Notes: generated by a model from the letters alone, not told the origin. Positions 43,410 through 52,473 are shown, counted from the stretch's first letter. The stretch is 64,000 nt of DNA from a virus (IMGVR_UViG_3300042314_000891:1-64000); one strand, 5' to 3'. Made by a program: numbers and translations.

Positions 43410-44199
43410 CAAAAATTATTGTGATACAACCAAAGTATCCGTTAGGGAGATTAGTACATCTATTGCAAAAGAAATTATTGTAAAGAAACACTATACTCAC
43501 GCTTGGACTGCTTGTAGATATTCGTTGGGTATATTCTATAAAACGGATACTGAAAATGCTTTGGGTGATGCAGAAAAACTGATAGGTTGTTTAATCTATG
43601 GGTTTCCAGTTGGAGCTAAAGCACCTACATCTGTATGCGATGGTTTGACTAAAGATAATATTTTAGAATTGACTCGTTTATATTGCGATGATGGGTATGG
43701 TTCTAACATTGAGAGTTTTGCTTTAGGGCAATCTTTTAAGTGGTTGAAGGAAAATGATAAGGCAATCAAAGTTTTGCTCTCATACGCTGATAATGGACAG
43801 GAACATTTGGGTGGAATATACCAAGCAACCAATTGGATTTATCAAGGATTAAATACTGATATTGCACTAATGCCAAATTATGGTATCTCAATCCAAAAAG
43901 ACCCATACAAATGGATACATAGTAGAAGTGTATTTACTAAATGGGGAAGTGGTAATTTGGAACATCTTCGTAGAGAAATTGGTAAAGATGGATATACTGA
44001 ATTTTGGAGAAGAGAAGAACCACCAAAACATAGATACATTCAGTTGATACCACAAGATAAACGTGAGAAGAAAGATTTGATGAAACGATTAAAACATCCA
44101 ATCAGAGAGTATCCAAAAAATGCAAGAGAGTATAATAAGGGAATTGAACACCATACTACAATAGAACCAAGTACGGAAATAGCTAAAAACTTTTGGTAA
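43396..44199 (+). CDS. Mom-family (GNAT-fold) adenine-modification enzyme 2
   Basis: KKHYT, LIGCLIYG, LELTRL, LLSYADNGQEHLGGIYQATNWIYQG, KHRY. Confidence 0.8.
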   Translation: MKEANKNYCDTTKVSVREISTSIAKEIIVKKHYTHAWTACRYSLGIFYKTDTENALGDAEKLIGCLIYGFPVGAKAPTSVCDGLTKDNILELTRLYCDDGYGSNIESFALGQSFKWLKENDKAIKVLLSYADNGQEHLGGIYQATNWIYQGLNTDIALMPNYGISIQKDPYKWIHSRSVFTKWGSGNLEHLRREIGKDGYTEFWRREEPPKHRYIQLIPQDKREKKDLMKRLKHPIREYPKNAREYNKGIEHHTTIEPSTEIAKNFW

Positions 44200-45323
44200 T
44201 GAACACAGAATTAGAGAAATTATATACGGCAGGACATGGTGATGACTTTTCTATGGGCAAATACATTGCCTTAAAGACTGGTAAATTGTATAACACCACA
44301 AAGTTTTCAAATGATATAAAATTTGATAAGAAGGTTTTAGCATTAATAGAAAATGCAGGATTTAATCAAATTCAGCAATCGGAGTATTTTATATCAACAA
44401 AGGATTCAAAACGTAATTCAACTTACGAAAAGAGGCTTGATGGTATGGATTTAATTTTAATAAATGTATCGGAGATTTCAGGTGATTTCTTTGAGGAACC
44501 TGATTATATAGAACCAGAGGCAAAATCAATAAAGAAAAATCAATATAGATTATCATTTGCATACACTTGTTCAAACGATGTATTAAAGAACATTATATTA
44601 AATGATGTTACAAAACTATCCAAACAAAATAAAGAGGGTAAGATACATTTATTGAAAGCAACATCCTATGGGTTTGAAACGGAAGAGTTTAAATTACCAA
44701 AACCAAAGATTGATTTAGAATTAAACTATGGTAAGGATTTTGTTAAGATAAACGATTCAATTGTAACCGCACTTACATCCAAAAAGGAACAACGAGGTAG
44801 ATTAGTTCTACTACACGGATTACCAGGTACGGGTAAAACTACATACATCAAATGGTTGGCAAATCATATGAAGAGAAAGGTATTATTTTTACCACCAATT
44901 TTGGCAGAGAGTATTGTGAATCCTGATTTTGTTCCATTCTTAATGGATAATAAAGATTGTATTTTGGTGATTGAGGATGCTGAAAAGATTATTGGTGATA
45001 GGAATAATTCACACTCATCTACTGGTGTATCCAACATTCTTAATTTAACCGATGGTATATTGGGTGATATTCTAAACATTAGTATTATTGCAACATTCAA
45101 TATGGATAAGGAGAAGATTGATTCTGCTCTATTAAGAAAAGGTAGATTGATTGCGGAACATAAGTTTGATAAACTAAATGTAGATGATACTAATATTCTT
45201 ATTAAACATTTGGGTATGGATAATGTAGTAACGGAAGGAATGACATTAGCTGACATCTACAACATCAACACAGAACAATTCAAAACAGAAATCCAAAAGG
45301 GTAAAATCGGTTTTGGTAGGTAA
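44193..45323 (+). CDS. AAA+ ATPase
   Basis: GLPGTGKT, LVIEDAE, ILNLTDG, DSALLRKGRL. Confidence 0.9.
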   Translation: MVMNTELEKLYTAGHGDDFSMGKYIALKTGKLYNTTKFSNDIKFDKKVLALIENAGFNQIQQSEYFISTKDSKRNSTYEKRLDGMDLILINVSEISGDFFEEPDYIEPEAKSIKKNQYRLSFAYTCSNDVLKNIILNDVTKLSKQNKEGKIHLLKATSYGFETEEFKLPKPKIDLELNYGKDFVKINDSIVTALTSKKEQRGRLVLLHGLPGTGKTTYIKWLANHMKRKVLFLPPILAESIVNPDFVPFLMDNKDCILVIEDAEKIIGDRNNSHSSTGVSNILNLTDGILGDILNISIIATFNMDKEKIDSALLRKGRLIAEHKFDKLNVDDTNILIKHLGMDNVVTEGMTLADIYNINTEQFKTEIQKGKIGFGR

Positions 45324-45362
45324 AATAATAATTTATTATATTTATTAGTATAATAATATAGA

Positions 45363-46070
45363 ATGGAAAAATTTCATAAATTAGACGAAGCATCATTAGC
45401 ACGGGCATATCAACACGTGGTAGATAAAAAAGTTCCTAGTTGGGGAATGGCAAGTGCATATCGTTACGCCAATACACCTGCTGAAAATAAAAAATTAAAT
45501 AAACAATTAGAAGCGGATTGCAGAAAAAGGGGTTTAGGGTTTTTTAAAGTAAGTGGACATTGGAGAGAGTGTCAAGATTCAGCCATACCATATGCAAAGT
45601 GCCCATCTGATAAATTGGTAGACGCAGTAGAAGAAACTTTGTTTATACCAGGTGCACCAAAAGAATTTATGGAACATATTGTAAAAAAGTATAACCAAGA
45701 TTCTGTTATATATGGTGGTAAGGATACAAAAGGAAATGCACATTTAATTTTTAGAGAAGGTGGTGAGGAAAACATAGGTAAGTTTCACCCAAATCAAATA
45801 GGCCAAGCGTACTCTAATTTTAGAGATAAAGAAAAAACGATGATGTTTAAGACTGGAAAAAAAGCACAAAGTGGAACAAAAGCCGGTGCAGAAAAACAAC
45901 AAGCCAATATTAAAAAATTATCATCTATGATACCGGTAGGTGCATTAGATAAGAGAATAAAGAATCCAGAAACAGGTAGAAACATTAAAGTTAAAACTGC
46001 ATTGGGTTACGATAAAACATCACCCGCATATAAGACGGCATTTGCAGCAATAAAAAAACCTAAAAAATAA
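45363..46070 (+). CDS. Hypothetical protein
   Basis: KYNQDSVI motif; C-terminal IKNPETGRNIKV module. Confidence 0.65.
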   Translation: MEKFHKLDEASLARAYQHVVDKKVPSWGMASAYRYANTPAENKKLNKQLEADCRKRGLGFFKVSGHWRECQDSAIPYAKCPSDKLVDAVEETLFIPGAPKEFMEHIVKKYNQDSVIYGGKDTKGNAHLIFREGGEENIGKFHPNQIGQAYSNFRDKEKTMMFKTGKKAQSGTKAGAEKQQANIKKLSSMIPVGALDKRIKNPETGRNIKVKTALGYDKTSPAYKTAFAAIKKPKK

Positions 46071-46136
46071 TTTACAAAACGCTTGACTTTTTAATTTATT
46101 TTACTTATCTTTACTATATAACAAAACGATAAAGAT

Positions 46137-46502
46137 ATGGAAAATTTAATAGGTCAAATGGTTCACGTAGTAGTTTCCAAAGATGGTAAAAAGGGAACTA
46201 AATTCCTTAAAGTTTGTAAGGTCAAAGCTCGTTCAGTTCTATTCATCGAAGTAGATAAAGAAAATCGTAAGAATATCTTCCGTAAGGTTGCTAAAAAGGA
46301 TATTAACCCTATGGGAATTATTGGTGATTCTCAATCTTTTTATATAACAGAGGGTGTATTGCCTGATAAATGGGAATCAGATTGGGATGCGATTGGTAAT
46401 ACCTCTCGAATGGCAGCAGGTTCATTTGCTTACACCCCCCGTCCAACATATAGTAATCACTCCAAAGGATGGGCATCAAACGGAGCACACTTTAGAACAT
46501 AA
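46137..46502 (+). CDS. Hypothetical protein
   Basis: ORF with own upstream promoter-like leader. Confidence 0.65.
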   Translation: MENLIGQMVHVVVSKDGKKGTKFLKVCKVKARSVLFIEVDKENRKNIFRKVAKKDINPMGIIGDSQSFYITEGVLPDKWESDWDAIGNTSRMAAGSFAYTPRPTYSNHSKGWASNGAHFRT

Positions 46503-46506
46503 TAAT

Positions 46507-46623
46507 ATGTATAGAATAGCAAAAGATATTTGGATGGTTTCAATCATCATTGTATTTTCAGTAGTGTGTTTAGCTGAATTTATTTTTTTAGAAACTTATG
46601 AAAAGTTTTTTAGAAAAGACTAG
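46507..46623 (+). CDS. Small membrane protein
   Basis: ATG 46507; one hydrophobic helix. Confidence 0.45.
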   Translation: MYRIAKDIWMVSIIIVFSVVCLAEFIFLETYEKFFRKD

Positions 46624-46687
46624 GAAATGTGAAAACTTTTACCTATCTTTATAGAGTAATAAGAGTTAAACATAAAACAACAAAGAT

Positions 46688-47008
46688 ATGAAAAACTACA
46701 ATAACCCAATCGTTGACGCATTTATTGCCAAAGTTAATTTAGAAATTGCAGAATACTACGCAACTAGTTTATCAAACTTAACTGTGCCAGTATTAGAGAT
46801 GCGAGTTGGTACTAAATTTATTAAATTGATTAAGGATGGCTCGGTGTGGGGTTTTATCTCTCGTTACGAAGGTGAATACAAAGGAGTACCAATTAAGAAA
46901 GGTGATTTAATGAAAGCCGCTTCTCGTGACTCTCCTGCCAAACATAGTAGAGGAAACATCATTGATGGAACTGCAGCATACGGCGTATGGGGTGTAAATT
47001 ATTTGTAA
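46688..47008 (+). CDS. Conserved phage hypothetical protein
   Basis: SVWGFI...GDLMKAAS...PAKHSRGNI. Confidence 0.7.
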   Translation: MKNYNNPIVDAFIAKVNLEIAEYYATSLSNLTVPVLEMRVGTKFIKLIKDGSVWGFISRYEGEYKGVPIKKGDLMKAASRDSPAKHSRGNIIDGTAAYGVWGVNYL

Positions 47009-47087
47009 AATAAATGGTTAAAAATTAGGAAATGTGAATTTTTTTGCTTACCTTTATAGAGTAGTGAGAGTTAAACATTAAAAAGAT

Positions 47088-47468
47088 ATGAAAAGAGAAC
47101 AAAATTACAAAACAATTTTTAGTGATATAGATGGGACTTTGATTGAGCAAGTTCGTTTTGAAGATTTAAATCCAAATGTGGTAAATGTTTTACCAGGTGT
47201 TGCGGAGAAAATGAATGAATGGTATGAAGCCGGACATCACATTGTATTAACTACTGCTAGGCCGTGGAACTTGGAACTAATCACTAAACAACAAATGGAA
47301 ACCGCAGGTATTCGTTATCACCAAATCGTAATGGGTATCGGACGAGAAGAAAGAATTTTAATCAACAACAATTCAAAGGGTGAGCCCGAAAACGCACGTG
47401 CTATGGCAGTTGCCGTTGGTAGGGATGCTGGGTTCATCAATTCGAATTGGGAAAATGTAGGACTTTAA
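47088..47468 (+). CDS. HAD-family phosphatase
   Basis: SDIDGTL, LTTARP. Confidence 0.8.
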   Translation: MKREQNYKTIFSDIDGTLIEQVRFEDLNPNVVNVLPGVAEKMNEWYEAGHHIVLTTARPWNLELITKQQMETAGIRYHQIVMGIGREERILINNNSKGEPENARAMAVAVGRDAGFINSNWENVGL

Positions 47469-47471
47469 TAA

Positions 47472-47645
47472 ATGTTAAAAGGCGAACAACATCCAAACCA
47501 CAAACTAACGGATGTACAGGTTATATCTATCAGACACCTATGGGAAATAGGACATCGTAATTTGAAAGTAATTGCAAGAAACAATGGAGTATCAACTACC
47601 AATGTTCGTAAGATAGTTAAAAGGCAAATTTGGACACATATTTAA
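47472..47645 (+). CDS. Small HTH protein resembling the DNA-binding tail of HNH homing endonucleases (not in ORF track)
   Basis: MLKGEQHPNHKLTDVQVISIR...IARNNGVSTTNVRKIVKRQIWTHI. Confidence 0.65.
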   Translation: MLKGEQHPNHKLTDVQVISIRHLWEIGHRNLKVIARNNGVSTTNVRKIVKRQIWTHI

Positions 47646-47682
47646 AAAAAATATATATTTATACTATATAAACAATTAAACT

Positions 47683-48483
47683 ATGTCTAAACATTTATTG
47701 AACGAAGCGGTAGATGAACTATCTACGTTAAGTATATACTTACAAAGAACAAAGCAAAAGTTGCAAGAGCAAATGATTGCAGAGGGTGTTGATGACCCTG
47801 GTATCTTTAAGTGTGTATTTTTAGCAGGTGGAGCCGGTAGTGGTAAGGGTTATATGGCAAAAGAAATATTTGGTGTATCTGATTATACAAAATTCGCACC
47901 GGCTGGTTTAAAAGTAGTTAATTCAGATGCTGCATTTGAAGCTGAATTAAAAAAGAATGGCATCAGTCCAAAAGATTTATCAAAAATTGAGAAGGAAGAC
48001 CCTCAATTGTGGGATAAGATACAAGGAAACGCACCAGATTCGATGCGTAATGTGGCTAAAGGTATAACAAAACAATTAAAAGATTTCTATGAGGCTGGTA
48101 GATTGGGAATGATTATTGATGGAACTGGACATGATTATAGTAAAATAGCTAAACAAAAAGGACACGCAGAAGAGTTGGGGTATGATTGTTATATGGTATT
48201 TGTAAATACATCTTTGGAAGTAGCAAAAGAAAATAATAGAAAAAGAGCAAGAACATTATCGGATGAACTAGTTTCAAAGACTTGGAAAGATGTTCAAGAA
48301 AATCTTGGTAAGTTCCAACAATTATTTGGTGGATATAAATTTTCAATTGTTGATAATTCAGTAAAGGGCGTTAAGCATGGTGATGTAACAAAAGCAGCAT
48401 CTAGATTTTTAGCACAACCAATAACAAATCCAATTGCTAAAAAATGGATAGCAACTGCAAGAGCATTAAAAAGTATGAAATAG
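47683..48483 (+). CDS. P-loop kinase (zeta toxin/AAA_33-like)
   Basis: FLAGGAGSGK, VNSD, IIDGTG, FVNTSLEVA..NRKRAR. Confidence 0.75.
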   Translation: MSKHLLNEAVDELSTLSIYLQRTKQKLQEQMIAEGVDDPGIFKCVFLAGGAGSGKGYMAKEIFGVSDYTKFAPAGLKVVNSDAAFEAELKKNGISPKDLSKIEKEDPQLWDKIQGNAPDSMRNVAKGITKQLKDFYEAGRLGMIIDGTGHDYSKIAKQKGHAEELGYDCYMVFVNTSLEVAKENNRKRARTLSDELVSKTWKDVQENLGKFQQLFGGYKFSIVDNSVKGVKHGDVTKAASRFLAQPITNPIAKKWIATARALKSMK

Positions 48484-48497
48484 GAGAATAATAAGTT

Positions 48498-49100
48498 ATG
48501 ATTAGTTACGAAGAAATTGGTTTTTTAAATCATAAAATTTACAAAATACCTATAAGTGGTATTGATAATAAAAAGGTTATTACTGAAGTCCAAATTGATA
48601 GGGATTTGTGGATGCCAGATAAGAGATTCAATGATACTCGTATGAGAGCACCTGGTTTACAAATGGATGGCCAAACTCTATGTGGTGATGAGACACGTAA
48701 TATGTTTTCATTGTGTTATAATAAAGTAAGAGATTTTTTTACGGAGTTAAATAATGAAAAGTATTTAAGTGGATACCAAAGAACTTGGATATACATAGCA
48801 GTACCCGAATTAAAGGAAGCACATTATCACAATCATTTAAAATTTCATCCAGATTTCGATACATTTACAGATTGGACTTGGGTATATTATGTACAAGTTC
48901 CTAATAATTGTAAAGGACCAGAAGGTAAATTGTTTTTTAGAGATGATAAAGACCATAGTATAACACATACATTTTTTCCAGAAGAAGGATACATCTATGC
49001 ATTTGATGCAAATTTGGAACATCTACCATCTCTAGCACCTACATCTACAAAAGAAAGAATAGTAGCAGCTGGAAATGTTATTTTAAATTTTGAAAATTAA
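48498..49100 (+). CDS. 2OG-Fe(II) oxygenase
   Basis: HYHNH, VYYV, LEH, RIVAAGN. Confidence 0.75.
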   Translation: MISYEEIGFLNHKIYKIPISGIDNKKVITEVQIDRDLWMPDKRFNDTRMRAPGLQMDGQTLCGDETRNMFSLCYNKVRDFFTELNNEKYLSGYQRTWIYIAVPELKEAHYHNHLKFHPDFDTFTDWTWVYYVQVPNNCKGPEGKLFFRDDKDHSITHTFFPEEGYIYAFDANLEHLPSLAPTSTKERIVAAGNVILNFEN

Positions 49101-49103
49101 ATT

Positions 49104-49664
49104 ATGATTAAAGGGATTGAATGTCCATATATCATTTCCAAACTATCGGAGCATGATTTAATAAAGGAAGATGTTTTAGATTTAATTAATGATGCTGAAT
49201 CAAATCGTTATACATACGCAGAAGATTATACTGATATAACGAGAACTGATTGGAATATTAGTAGAGATATTGAAAGAGAATACACAAAAATTGCAATGCC
49301 TCCTATTGTGGCATTAATGCAAAACAGATTTTTAGAATTGGGTTATAATGAAATGAACATACATAATGTATGGTTTCAACAATACAAAAAAGGTTCAGAG
49401 CATGGTTGGCATGTTCACTTAAATTGCCAATTTACCAATGTTTATTATTTAGATTTACCAGAAGGGGCCCCTAAAACGCAACTTTTAAATCCAATGAACC
49501 AAAAAGAGATTATAGAGTTAGATGTAAATGAAGGTGATGTTTTAACATTCCCAAGTTTCATTTTACATAGAGCACCAAATGTGGAAAGTAATATAGTAAA
49601 AACTATTATATCATTTAATTCAGATTGTAATATTAAATCAGTTGCTGGTTTATACGATTTTTAA
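49104..49664 (+). CDS. 2OG-Fe(II) oxygenase
   Basis: HGWHVH, NVYYL, FPSFILH, IISFN. Confidence 0.8.
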   Translation: MIKGIECPYIISKLSEHDLIKEDVLDLINDAESNRYTYAEDYTDITRTDWNISRDIEREYTKIAMPPIVALMQNRFLELGYNEMNIHNVWFQQYKKGSEHGWHVHLNCQFTNVYYLDLPEGAPKTQLLNPMNQKEIIELDVNEGDVLTFPSFILHRAPNVESNIVKTIISFNSDCNIKSVAGLYDF

Positions 49665-49694
49665 AAAAGTTATAATAAACTTAAAAGATTAGAT

Positions 49695-50231
49695 ATGCAA
49701 AGTATTGATATTTTTCCAATAAGAATATTTGAAAATTATATAGAAGTTCCAGATTCTTTAACCGATGGTATTAGGGAAGATATAAAAGATGATACCAAAT
49801 ACGATACTCCAATTGATTGGGATGGCGGTGTGTATTCATCTTTTAATTATGAAAGCAAACTATTATATGGTACTAAAGAGCATAATCAAATAATAGATAA
49901 TGTTATAGAAATAGTTAAAACTACACCACCTTACAATGGATTTGGTGATAATTTTATTTATGAATATAATATGTGGTGGAATTATTATACGGCGGGAAAG
50001 TATCAAGAATACCATAGCCATGCTAACAATATACTTTCTGGAGTTTGGTATTTGAATGATTCAAATGCACATACCGTATTTTGTGATAGGGGTCTTAAAC
50101 ACAAAGTTTTACCAACGAAAGGTAAAATAGTTTTCTTCCCATCGTACCTACCACACTATGTAGAACCATCCGATGATGAAAGAATGACAGTAGCATTCAA
50201 TTTTCAATTATCAAAGCGGAACGTAAAATAA
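49695..50231 (+). CDS. 2OG-Fe(II) oxygenase
   Basis: QEYHSH, SGVWYL, FPSYLPHYV, RMTVAFN. Confidence 0.85.
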   Translation: MQSIDIFPIRIFENYIEVPDSLTDGIREDIKDDTKYDTPIDWDGGVYSSFNYESKLLYGTKEHNQIIDNVIEIVKTTPPYNGFGDNFIYEYNMWWNYYTAGKYQEYHSHANNILSGVWYLNDSNAHTVFCDRGLKHKVLPTKGKIVFFPSYLPHYVEPSDDERMTVAFNFQLSKRNVK

Positions 50232-50300
50232 AAAAAAAGATATATATAATTTGGAATTACGAAAAAAGTTTCGTATATTTGTAAACGTTATTTGAAATAT

Positions 50301-50686
50301 GGGGATGACCGGCTTTTGACAGGTATGAAGACTGGTTGTATTGATGCAAGTAAGGTTAGATGGAAACCTTTGAAGACCTATCAAACAATAAGTGCAAACG
50401 TAGAATTATCTACAATGACGTTCGAAGATGCTATGGCATGGATGAACTCATTCGATTACGCAGTAGCTGCCTAATCAATCCCGCATCACTCGTGGGACTT
50501 AAAAAGAAGTGAACAATTTAAGGTCTCGTTTGAGGTTCTACCTATTAAAGTGAATCTTCCACATTTGAGAGTGGCAATGGCAAAATAGAAACTCTATATT
50601 TTTTCAGTTTAGAAAAATTGAATAAACTTGTGAACGATTTACATTAGAAACTTATTTGGACTTGGGTTCGAATCCCAACATCTCCA
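50301..50686 (+). ncRNA. ssrA: tmRNA
   Basis: GGGGATG/CATCTCC-A acceptor with G3:U70; T-arm TTGGGTTCGAATCCCAA; tag frame 50394-50474 ANVELSTMTFEDAMAWMNSFDYAVAA*. Confidence 0.95.
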
Positions 50687-50688
50687 CA

Positions 50689-50880
50689 AAAAATAAATGA
50701 GAAATCATTTGGATATATGAAAAAAGTTTCGTATATTTGTATCATAATAAATCGCGGGGAGGATGTTGGTTTCCCACCGGTCTCATAAGCCAGGTCTACG
50801 ATAGTTCGATTCTGTCTCCCGCAACCAAAAATAAATGAGAAATCATTTGGATATATGAAAAAAGTTTCGTATATTTGTAT
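50689..50880 (+). repeat. Perfect 54-bp direct repeat carrying a promoter (50689-50742 and 50827-50880)
   Basis: AAAAATAAATGAGAAATCATTTGGATATATGAAAAAAGTTTCGTATATTTGTAT twice, flanking a tRNA. Confidence 0.9.
50753..50827 (+). tRNA. tRNA-Met(CAT), initiator-like and divergent
   Basis: C1/A72 mismatch, CTCATAA loop, encoded CCA; weak D and anticodon stems. Confidence 0.7.
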
Positions 50881-51078
50881 TATAGAAAATGAGGTTAGTA
50901 TGCCGGTGTGGAGAAGTCCGGTGTTAAGAGGACCCGAGAGGTAGAAATACCATCCCACTACTCATCCAACAAAAAAAAAGTAAAAATAATTTTGATATAT
51001 GGAAAAAGTTTCGTATATTTGTATTATAGATTTGAGACCAATAGGTGATGAAAGATACTCGGTTAATCAAATTAAAAA

Positions 51079-51090
51079 TGTTCTTTAAAA
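51079..51090 (+). promoter_or_regulatory. boxA-like antitermination element
   Basis: TGTTCTTTAAAA between a promoter and the giant ncRNA. Confidence 0.5.
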
Positions 51091-51095
51091 TATAA

Positions 51096-51931
51096 GCACA
51101 TAGTAGACTAGTTCTACATAGTGTACATCGGCCGCCTATGGTCGTGAAATAAACTACGAAAGTAGGATAAAGTGAATCATTTGGTTTAAGTGATTTGCGG
51201 CTTCGAAAGGAGCTTGAGTAGGCAAGTGGAATATCATTTCACCTTTAGTATTGAGGGTAACACTGTAAAGAGGGTGGTGAAATGACTGGGCTAAAGTAGA
51301 TAGTTCAGTTGAGGTGGGAACACCAATAAGAATAATCCATAGAGTTATTGCGAGAAACTGAAACTTAATCCCTTTCAACAATTGCGTGATTCAATATTAG
51401 AGTTTGCTTAAAACCGAAAGGTAAGATAAAGTACGAGTGGTGTCGTTATTATCCTTACTCTTCACCTACCAAGGTAGGAGTTATGAAGCAAACTTAAAGT
51501 ATGGTGTTAGGGATAACACATCGAGTAGTTCAGTATTCTGTTGTTCAAAAGATAACGGAGCAGGTTGGCGAACCACTACTTGAAACCATCTACAAACCAA
51601 ACTCAATTTGCCGGTTAGTGCAAACTATAAACAAAAAGAGCAAAAGTGTTCGTCAGTTGCAAACGAAAGGTGCGTACATAGTAGGGAGTTGTTCCTTGCC
51701 ACGATACCTCCGCAAGAGGTCTGTGATTCTTTCGAAAAACTTCTAACACCGCAAGTGTGAATCTGTTCGGCAGAGTAGAAGAAGCGGAGTAAAGAGAGAG
51801 TAGTTTGTAACTTTATGAGTGGTTGGCTTAACTAACCCGCATTGAATCGGTACTATCCAAAAGATAGTGGAAAAGTTGGGAAACAATAATCCAACGAAAG
51901 CTGGTTCTTTTACGTGAGTATTCTCATCCGT
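51096..51931 (+). ncRNA. Large structured RNA, probably GOLLD (boundaries approximate)
   Basis: About 830 nt with raised GC and no credible ORF; many GNRA hairpins (CTAC-GAAA-GTAG, ACC-GAAA-GGT, CCTCC-GCAA-GAGG, CACC-GCAA-GTG); adjacent to tRNAs; resembles my recollection of the GOLLD 5' end. Confidence 0.7.
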
Positions 51932-51941
51932 AATAATATAA

Positions 51942-52015
51942 GCGAGATTGGTGTAATGGTAGCACATCGGCCGTCCAGGTCGGAGGAGGGGGTTCAATTC
52001 CTTTGTTTCGCTCCA
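51942..52015 (+). tRNA. Non-canonical tRNA-Gly(TCC) with G33
   Basis: GCG/CGC-U73-CCA Gly acceptor; loop CGTCCAG; T-stem GGGGG/CCTTT. Confidence 0.75.
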
Positions 52016-52018
52016 TAA

Positions 52019-52091
52019 GCGGAGAAAGTGTTCCGGTAGCATGTGTACATTCCTGTACAATGAGGTGGTTCGATTCCATCTCTCCGCTCCA
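52019..52091 (+). tRNA. Non-canonical tRNA-Gly-like with 6-nt anticodon loop
   Basis: GCGGAGA/TCTCCGC-U-CCA; TGTAC-ATTCCT-GTACA. Confidence 0.75.
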
Positions 52092-52176
52092 AAATTTAAA
52101 TTATAAAATAATAACCAATATTACTATTTTTAACTTAAAATAAAAAAAAGTTATATATATTAAAAGAAAAAAGAAA

Positions 52177-52320
52177 ATGAAAACTCTTAACCTACATACG
52201 ATAGCTTATCAACCGACATCAAATTTGATGTGGGCAGGCAATCGCGTGTGTGATTTTAGTTCGAAAGGAATTAAAAATCAGTTAGGGGCAACAATATTAA
52301 ACGATGTAGACTTGGGATAA
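52177..52320 (+). CDS. Putative attenuator leader peptide, 47 aa (not in ORF track)
   Basis: MKTLNLHTIAYQPTSNLMWAGNRVCDFSSKGIKNQLGATILNDVDLG*; A-rich Bacteroidota-type start context; contains a copy of the terminator 3' arm. Confidence 0.75.
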   Translation: MKTLNLHTIAYQPTSNLMWAGNRVCDFSSKGIKNQLGATILNDVDLG

Positions 52321-52347
52321 AACCAAACTACATACTTAAATTAAAAC

Positions 52348-52379
52348 AACCCCTGACTCAAAAAGTTAGGGGTTTTTTT
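52348..52379 (+). terminator. Intrinsic (attenuator) terminator before the tRNA operon
   Basis: AACCCCTGACT-CAAAA-AGTTAGGGGTT followed by T run. Confidence 0.9.
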
Positions 52380-52393
52380 ATGTTTAAAAATAA

Positions 52394-52465
52394 GTTGATG
52401 TGGCGCAGTGGTAGCGCAGTAGACTGTTAATCTATTGGTCGTAGGTTCGAATCCTACCATCAACG
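52394..52465 (+). tRNA. tRNA-Asn(GTT)
   Basis: Cloverleaf; loop CTGTTAA. Confidence 0.92.
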
Positions 52466-52473
52466 CAAGAATA

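Noticed and set aside
50292-50474. 60-aa ORF in the track
   Set aside because: It is the tmRNA 5' end plus tag reading frame, not an independent gene.
50689-50880. 54-bp repeat as att site or CRISPR repeat
   Set aside because: Only two copies, it consists of the promoter consensus, and there is no integrase or cas gene in the window.
51154-52060. ORFs 51154..51381, 51501..51746 and 51743..52060
   Set aside because: They overlap the structured RNA and tRNAs, with atypical composition and no start context.
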